Origin: Octopus vulgaris
Taxonomy: Eukaryota
DNA: 64,000 nt
Reading direction: 5' to 3'
Assembly (NCBI GenBank): GCA_951406725.2
Contig: OX597814.1
Coordinates: 119,040,001 to 119,104,000, forward strand
In this document: in pieces, positions 56,768 through 64,000 of the stretch
How positions within the stretch are numbered: position 1 is the stretch's first letter
How the letters are laid out: each line of letters begins with the position of its first letter
Position numbers and translations under genes: made by a program
Notes under the pieces: generated by a model
What the model was told of the DNA's origin: nothing
Databases searched by the model: none
The model's input: only the letters and a program-made list of their open reading frames with translations

Positions 56768-57824
56768 ATATATATATATATATATATAAGATAATGTATA
56801 TGTATATTCAACTTATGCGTCCAAAAAACTGTTATGAGTATTTTGTAGCATAAACGGTATTTGATATATTCCAGAGTGTCCGACGGCTCGGGATTCCAGT
56901 TAACTGTATTATGAACAAAGAAATAAACAAATAATGGATAATTGCCATTCCATTATAGGTGTTTCCAGCGAATTTTTTTTTCATAGATAAATGAGTTCAT
57001 TAAATTGTAGGCTGAGGCGTAGGGCTGATAGAAAATCATAAGCCTTGAAGGTTTGGCAGCTCAGAGACAATATTGCTACATCTAATATAAAATGGTATAT
57101 CATTAGGATGGGAAAAGCCATACTCAGAACAGCAGATATGGGTGCAGACAATATGTGGAGATCTAGGAGATATTAAATTTTAAGAATAGGGAAAATTTAA
57201 TTGGTAATAAATTGGACCTGAGTCTTTCATGTATTCATAATGCAACCCGTACCTTTAAATATTTTAAAGGTATCATCTATTCTGTCAATTTAATTTTTAG
57301 CCAACGCTACAACACCCATAGTTTCCCTACTTTTTTCATATATACCCCTGTACTGTCTAATGACCGGCATGGTCTTCTAGCGAGATTTTTCTTATTCCTC
57401 TAGTTTTTATATTTCGTTTTTGGATTTGGTTTGCAAGCTTCTTTATATGAGTTCGTGTGTTGAAGCATATTCTGTTGTATCTGGGGAGAGTAATTTTCTT
57501 TGGGTGCTTTATAATGTAATATAATCACCAGTAAATTTTGTATCTTTAATCATTTTATATACCTGGAAACTAGTATAGGTTTTGTATGTCATGCTGTCGG
57601 GACACGTCATCTAACTCTATTAATCTAGGATTGAATATTTGTATTATTCAATCGATAATATAATATAATCATATATTATAGTGGCCAATGCATTTTAATT
57701 ACCTATTAATCTTCACTACACCGGTAAAACAAACTAGAAATGTAACTAATGGATAGCTGCATACCCAATAACTTACAGACGATACTGATCTGATATATCC
57801 CGTTCTCTCTGTAATGTGTTGTAT

Positions 57825-58235
57825 GTGGAGGCGAAATGGCTCAGTGGTTAGGGCAGCAGACTCGCGGTCGTAGGATCGCGGTTTCGATTCCCAGACCGAG
57901 CATTGTGAGTGTTTATTGGGCGAAAACACCTAAAGCTCCACGAGGCTCCGGCAGGGGGTGGTGGTGAACCCTGCTGTACTCTTTCACCACAACTTAAGGG
58001 TACACGTGTCTGTGAAGTGCTCAGCCACTTGCACGTTAATAAATGAGCTGCGATGTCACTGGTACCAAGCGGTATCGGCCTTTGCCTTTCCTTTGGATAG
58101 CATCGGTGGCGTGGAGAGGGGAGACTGGTATGCGTGGGCGACTGCTGGTCTTGCATAAACAACCTTGACCAGACTTGTGCCTCGGAGGGTAACTTTCTAA
58201 GTCCAATCCCATGGTTATTCATGACCGAAGGGTTT
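57825..58235 (+). mobile_element. SINE family C variant (same tail, different central segment)
   Basis: A box tggctcagtggttagg and B box ggtttcgattccc. The 3' half matches family C. Confidence 0.8.
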
Positions 58236-59104
58236 CACAATGTGTTGTATATTAGATAATTTTGGTTTTACCCTCGGAACTATCATTCAAAAACAGGTAG
58301 TATGCTTATACCACTACCTATTTTCCCCTTGACCATTATTTTATAATACTTCCTTTTAGGTAAATATATCTTTTTCTATAAGTATATCTGTTAATAACCT
58401 TATGATGAATTTCCATTTGCATCTTACCTTACGCAGAAATTTCATCGTAGAAGATACTACGAATCTACAATTATTAGTTTTAATTACCAACATTCTCATA
58501 AACCCCTTATTCAGCTTTATATCAATACTGAGTTAATTGTATTAGCCCGCTGAAATTAATTTCGTTTTGTTTATGGTACAACTATCTCAAAGCATCCTGA
58601 TAGTTGCTGTATGATCCTTATTATTACTCCTGGTTATTATGAATTATTATTGCTTCTATATCGATATTTTCATAATTTATACAATCTCACCTATACTATT
58701 CGGGCAATATTATCTCTCACTCTCATTATTGTCATTACCTTCTCCCGTTATAACCTCGAATTCGTACTTAAGTTCTTTCTCCTTCTGTTTCATTTTAAAT
58801 AAATTTATGTAGCACACGTATTGAATACTTAATTGCCTGAAGTATCCTCTTAGTTTCAACTCTTGTGCCTGCATCCCCATTTCAAATCCTAGTATAACAA
58901 AGCTGGCATAAAATAAAATGAATAGTAAAGAGATAAATATATGATTAACCCAAACATTACCTTACGCGTTATGATAAACAACTAGACTGCCTGGCACTTG
59001 TCTCTCTCTCCCCGCCCTAACATTCTCATTAACTGCCCTTGAAACTATAAAACTTTTGTAAATTACAATTTAGGGTATCTTAGAGATACCTCCACGCTGG
59101 AAAT

Positions 59105-59392
59105 AGCAGCCCAAAGAGTTCACCCCAGAGGGCACTCACTAAGCTAATTGAAGGCGTGACTGATCTCGATTACTGGGACCGCCTTAAAGCTTTGAAACCC
59201 TACTCTCTCCAACGCCGCCGTGAGAGGTACATCATTTGTACGATGTGGAGAATACATCGCCAGAATTGCCCAAATGACCTGAACATTAGTTTCAAGGTTC
59301 ATCGAAGGCTGGAACCACGGGCCATACGTCCCCAGCCCAATTCAGGATCACAACATACAAATACATTGCGACATAACTTCATTTCCTCAACA
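59105..59392 (+). mobile_element. CR1-group LINE fragment
   Basis: [33 protein letters not shown]. Confidence 0.8.
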
Positions 59393-59393
59393 G

Positions 59394-59677
59394 TATATAT
59401 ATACATATATATATACATATGTATATATATATATATATATACATATGTATATATATATATATACATATATGTATATATGTGTATATATATATACATATAT
59501 GTATATATGTATATATATATACATATGTATATATATATATATATATATATACACATTTGTATATATATATGTGTGTGTATATATGCATACGTGTTTATAT
59601 ATATATATATATATATAGATTTACAAATGTATACACATACACATACATATATATATATATATGCATACATATATACC

Positions 59678-59765
<88 letters not shown>
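59394..59765. repeat. Compound (TA)/(CA)/(GA) microsatellite
   Basis: Read directly from the sequence. Confidence 0.95.
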
Positions 59766-59767
<2 letters not shown>

Positions 59768-61701
59768 TCTCATATTCCATATATCGCAAAAGAATTCTAT
59801 TTCAAGAATGAATAATGTTCAAAGTTGTAATACCTATAAGTAAGAGGACTCTCTCATTATCTTGAAATAAGAGGACAGTTCTGTGTTTTTGCCACAAAAG
59901 GCAAGACAAATGTCCGATGCCTTCTCTAGATGCCAATACAAATAGACAAAAAAAAATATTAGATCACATATTTTGGGCCTAGGTAACTTGCATATATGAA
60001 ACAAAACATTGTACACGACAAATAATTCATAGCCTTCCAGTAGCATAAACTTGAATAACATATTCAAAGACACCTATATCCAATACCATACAAATAAATT
60101 CTTGATTTATTAAAATCATCTTCTCAAAAGAATGTGTCATAATTACTAAATTGACATTGAGATTTACTCCTTATGAAAAATTGTGGCGGAAATTTGAAGA
60201 ATCGCTCATTTACCAACTTTGACATGTCATTAGAGTAAACGAGCTGGAATATTACCTGCGAAAAGTTATGTCCACCACCTCGCATATACATACATACACA
60301 CACACATTCTTTGATATATGTATATATGAACATAATGTTGAGTAAATCGAGAAATGTGTATACTGCCGATAGCATTATGTATAATACATACTTATTTGTA
60401 TGGTATATAAGACAATCATAATTTAAGCTAGACTACATATGGGTAAACTACAATATAGTTGTGGGTAAACTATATTTGCGCTTTTGCGGTATTAATTGAA
60501 TGTGGATTTTATGTCCAATATAATATCAGGAAAATTGGAATGAAGTTGATATAATGCAATCCATGTGGCGCGTAAGTTAAGAGGTATTAAACATGTTCTC
60601 TCTATGCGGGGAAAAAAGGCAGAGAGAGCATATTTGAAAAATGAAGCGCACAATTTTTAGACAGGAGGTGATTGTAACTTTTCTTAATAATTACCAAATA
60701 AACAAAATTTCAAGCGGATGTTTTTAGTTGGTGAATACGGTTCTTGATGAATATTACAATAAGCGCAAGGTACTTGAATTTAAGATACCAGGTGGCTGTA
60801 GCTTTCCCAATTATCACCAAATATTTTAACGTTCAAGTCAATATGTGCAGTTGATTGATATTCAAGGATATTGAAGATTACAACAGGCACTAATACGATG
60901 CCATACAGAACGTAACATTTGTTTATTATTATTTTTTTTTGAAGACGATGACAACAATCATGCGAATTTTAACAATTAGTGTATCTAAATAAGACGCATA
61001 TTCCAACATTCATTTGTAAATCGAGTGTGCGTTAATCTGAACATAAAAATATATGTTTTCTTTTTTGAATGTTAACATAATCATTAACACAGGAATATGC
61101 GATTGTAGAAAAATAGAAGAATATCCATATTTAAATATGAGTATTTAACCCTCTTCTCTCTATTATGTATCTGAGTGCGTTATGTGTCTGTTATGTGTCG
61201 TGCGTGCGCGCATTCACGCCCACATAAACACACATAAGTGTTCAGCATCATATAATTATATAAGAAGCTTCGAAAGGTATATCTGGTGATTTTCTTCTGA
61301 GGGATGTGCTACTGGTTTTCTTTGTATTTTCAATTAGAATAATAGATTTCAAAATATAATTTGCATAATTGCATAATAATTTGAACATTTCTATATGCTT
61401 GTGTGCATAATTGATCTATAACATGCCCCTATAGGCAAGACCTTGTTTTACAGTATCTAAACTGTCGAAAAACAGTAAGATGCCGCATGTTTATAAATCA
61501 CGTAATAGAGAATAGTTACGGAACTCTATCTCATTTTGTGTTCGAAAAGATATATGTGAATTATATATGTTTTCATGTATGTGCCTAACCATATACATAT
61601 AGGGTATTAAAAGACCGACGGAGGCTAAGCCAGAGTTCTCATAAAGAAGAAACATTAATTCCATGACATTCTTTCAAGAGTAATATGTATTCTACATATA
61701 A

Positions 61702-62476
61702 AATCTTAGATTTACATCACATTTTTATTCTAAGCAAATTCCGGAAAGTGTCAATTTATAAGTCGAATGCTTCAGAACACTAAATCATTAGAGCTAATGT
61801 ATTTTGATCATAAAATTTTGTTTCATTTCCATCTTGATCGAAAGATACAAAGGTCCCACCAGATAATTTAGTGATATCCATATGAATCACTATACTAAAA
61901 AAAAATTGTTGTATTTACCACTTTATATAGTTAAAATTCAATAACAGTTTTCTTCCGCCAAAGAGAAAACATGTTTTTCTGTCTATGTAATCGTAATGTT
62001 CTTTAAATATGCACATATTTACATGAACGAAAATCAGTACAATGTATGGGAAAAAAAGTCAAACCCACAATATATAAGAGACATTTTGTTCGTGTATGAG
62101 TATTAATGCAGAAAACGGCAGACAAATATACTGTAAAACATATGTCAAAGGAAGGAAAAGGTAGACATAAGCAAAACAAAGAACTTATTTTATTTCTTGA
62201 AATAAATTGACAATAACAAAAGCTTATCATTTCCCGCTAATCTCCAAAAAGTTTACCGTCAACAGAGTCACTCAATGATGCTAGATGCAAATAGGTTCGC
62301 GGAGTCAATTATATGCTTGCAGCAACATTGAAATTTCCTAGTATATTGGCAGATTATTTTACATTTCGTCCTGTAAAATATTAGGAATTCTATACATGTC
62401 AGAACTGCTTTCGACTGCGTCTAATCTTAGATTTACATCACATTTTTATTCTAAGCAAATTTCGGAAAGTGTCAAT
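61702..62476 (+). repeat. 54-bp direct repeat pair (61702-61755, 62423-62476) with one mismatch
   Basis: aatcttagatttacatcacatttttattctaagcaaatt[c/t]cggaaagtgtcaat occurs twice, 721 bp apart. Confidence 0.9.
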
Positions 62477-62979
62477 AATGGCTGGCTAGATAAGAAAATT
62501 GATGTTTTCTATTACTATTACTCAGTAGAAAAGAAGAAACAAAACAAAAAGAGGAAAAAAAATTACGATTGGTATTCTTAAAAATTCCTTTTGATAACAT
62601 TGAATATTCAGGAGCAGAACAGAAATAAAGCATTTGATATAGACAAAACGGGGAAATTTCCAAATAAATTTCCGCCAAAGATACATTTTCTTTCGTTAAC
62701 AGTGATTTTCTATTCGCGTATTTTCTGGCCAAATTTGAAAATATGGCAAGCTGAAACAGTTTTTCAGAGCAAAATTACCAAATTTATTCCTATTTCTATG
62801 AAACTATGCGGAATATATATTTATATATTACAAATAACGTATGGCGTTAGAGAAAAAGTAAAACCCATAGTGTAACAAAAATGTAGTTAATATACTTCTT
62901 TTCAGTCTGTTGTATCAAATGATATATTTGCCATTAGCCGCAGAATATAGAGATTATAGATTTCTAGGGATTTTCAATA

Positions 62980-63395
62980 GGCGCAGGAGTGGCTATGTGG
63001 TAAGTAGCTTGCTTACCAACCACATGGTTCCGGGTTCAGTCACACTGCGTGGCATCTTGGGCAAGTGTCTTCTACTATAGCCTCGGGCCTACCAAAACCT
63101 TGTGAGTGGATTTGGTAGACGGAAACTGAAAGAAGCCCGTCGTACATATAAATATATATATATATGTGTGTGTGTGTGTAGGTTTGTGTGTCTGTGTTTG
63201 TCACCCCAGCATCGTTTGACAACTGATGCTGGTGTGTTTCCGTCCCCGTTACTTAGCGGTTCGGCAAAAACTGACAGATAGAATAAGTAGTAGGCTTACA
63301 AAGAAGAAGTCGTGGGGTCGATTTGCTCAACTAAAGGCGATGCTCCAGCATGGCCGCAGTCAAATGAATGAAACAAATAAAAGAATAAAAGAGAA
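62980..63395 (+). mobile_element. SINE family B, full length
   Basis: Colinear with 26320-26718. Confidence 0.88.
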
Positions 63396-64000
63396 GTATA
63401 TATGTCTGCCTGTGTACACGTACACACACACACACACACACACAGACGAAGGTAAAGGCACAATGTTTCAAAGAGTAACCGACGCCAAGTGGTGAAGGAT
63501 AATATGTTTATGACAGCTGAATTCTTACATCTAGTAATTCGAATCCCCCGTTCGTCAGCGGAACATTAAAATTCAACTAACAAGACATGTTGACAGTTGT
63601 CATAAGTAACTCTCATCCCTTGACATAGAGAACTACTTAGAACTTTTCGTCCGTACCTACGTACACTATATGCGTTAACTAAACCTGGCAAGATAGGTGA
63701 GGAAAAATTTGACAGAGACTTCGTAGTTACGGCCTGCTGACCTTTCTCTGCCTTTCGAAAAAGGAGTAAACCGAAACTTTGAAGTCAATGTCATCCGTTT
63801 CCTTGTAAGATTATAAACTCTCCTAAGAGCAATGAATAATCTTCCTGCTTAACCTGAAATTCCTTTACTATATAAATTCGAGCGCGCACACGAAGTACCT
63901 AGCTGCATGTATGTAACTGTGAATACAAGTATACATCGATATATACGCATTACTATATACATAAGTAGATACGATATATATACAGCGACGTGCTGGTATA

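Noticed and set aside
57050-57200. Possible GIY-YIG remnant (IKWYII..KPYS..C)
   Set aside because: Too decayed to support by eye.
58428-58470. Possible ATD exon ending MKFLRK|gtaag
   Set aside because: The upstream frame shows no iGluR similarity, and no following GLTG exon was found.

Overview
This is an AT-rich, repeat-dense eukaryotic window; the SINE, Penelope and microsatellite content suggests an octopod cephalopod (inference). It reads as the intronic interior of one large minus-strand ionotropic glutamate receptor gene (AMPA/kainate-like). Three consecutive, phase-compatible exons (41876-41766, 35491-35419, 31298-31159) encode the end of the ATD and the start of the S1 ligand-binding segment. 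I found no other exons of this gene in the window. The introns hold a disabled intronless NPC1 3' fragment, two full-length and several decayed mariner transposons, R4/Dong-like, RTE and CR1-like LINE fragments, Penelope fragments with hammerhead-ribozyme motifs, at least three tRNA-derived SINE families, kilobase-scale TA/TG microsatellites and a 100-N gap. The most unusual signals are: (1) a ~1 kb fold-back hairpin and crossing inverted-repeat pairs around the three receptor exons; (2) a minimal hammerhead with an intact core on the receptor's sense strand; (3) an RTE fragment with a perfect target-site duplication that resembles liver-fluke RTEs; (4) the NPC1 retrocopy ending in (TAA)n. Most long ORFs in the supplied track are microsatellite artefacts.
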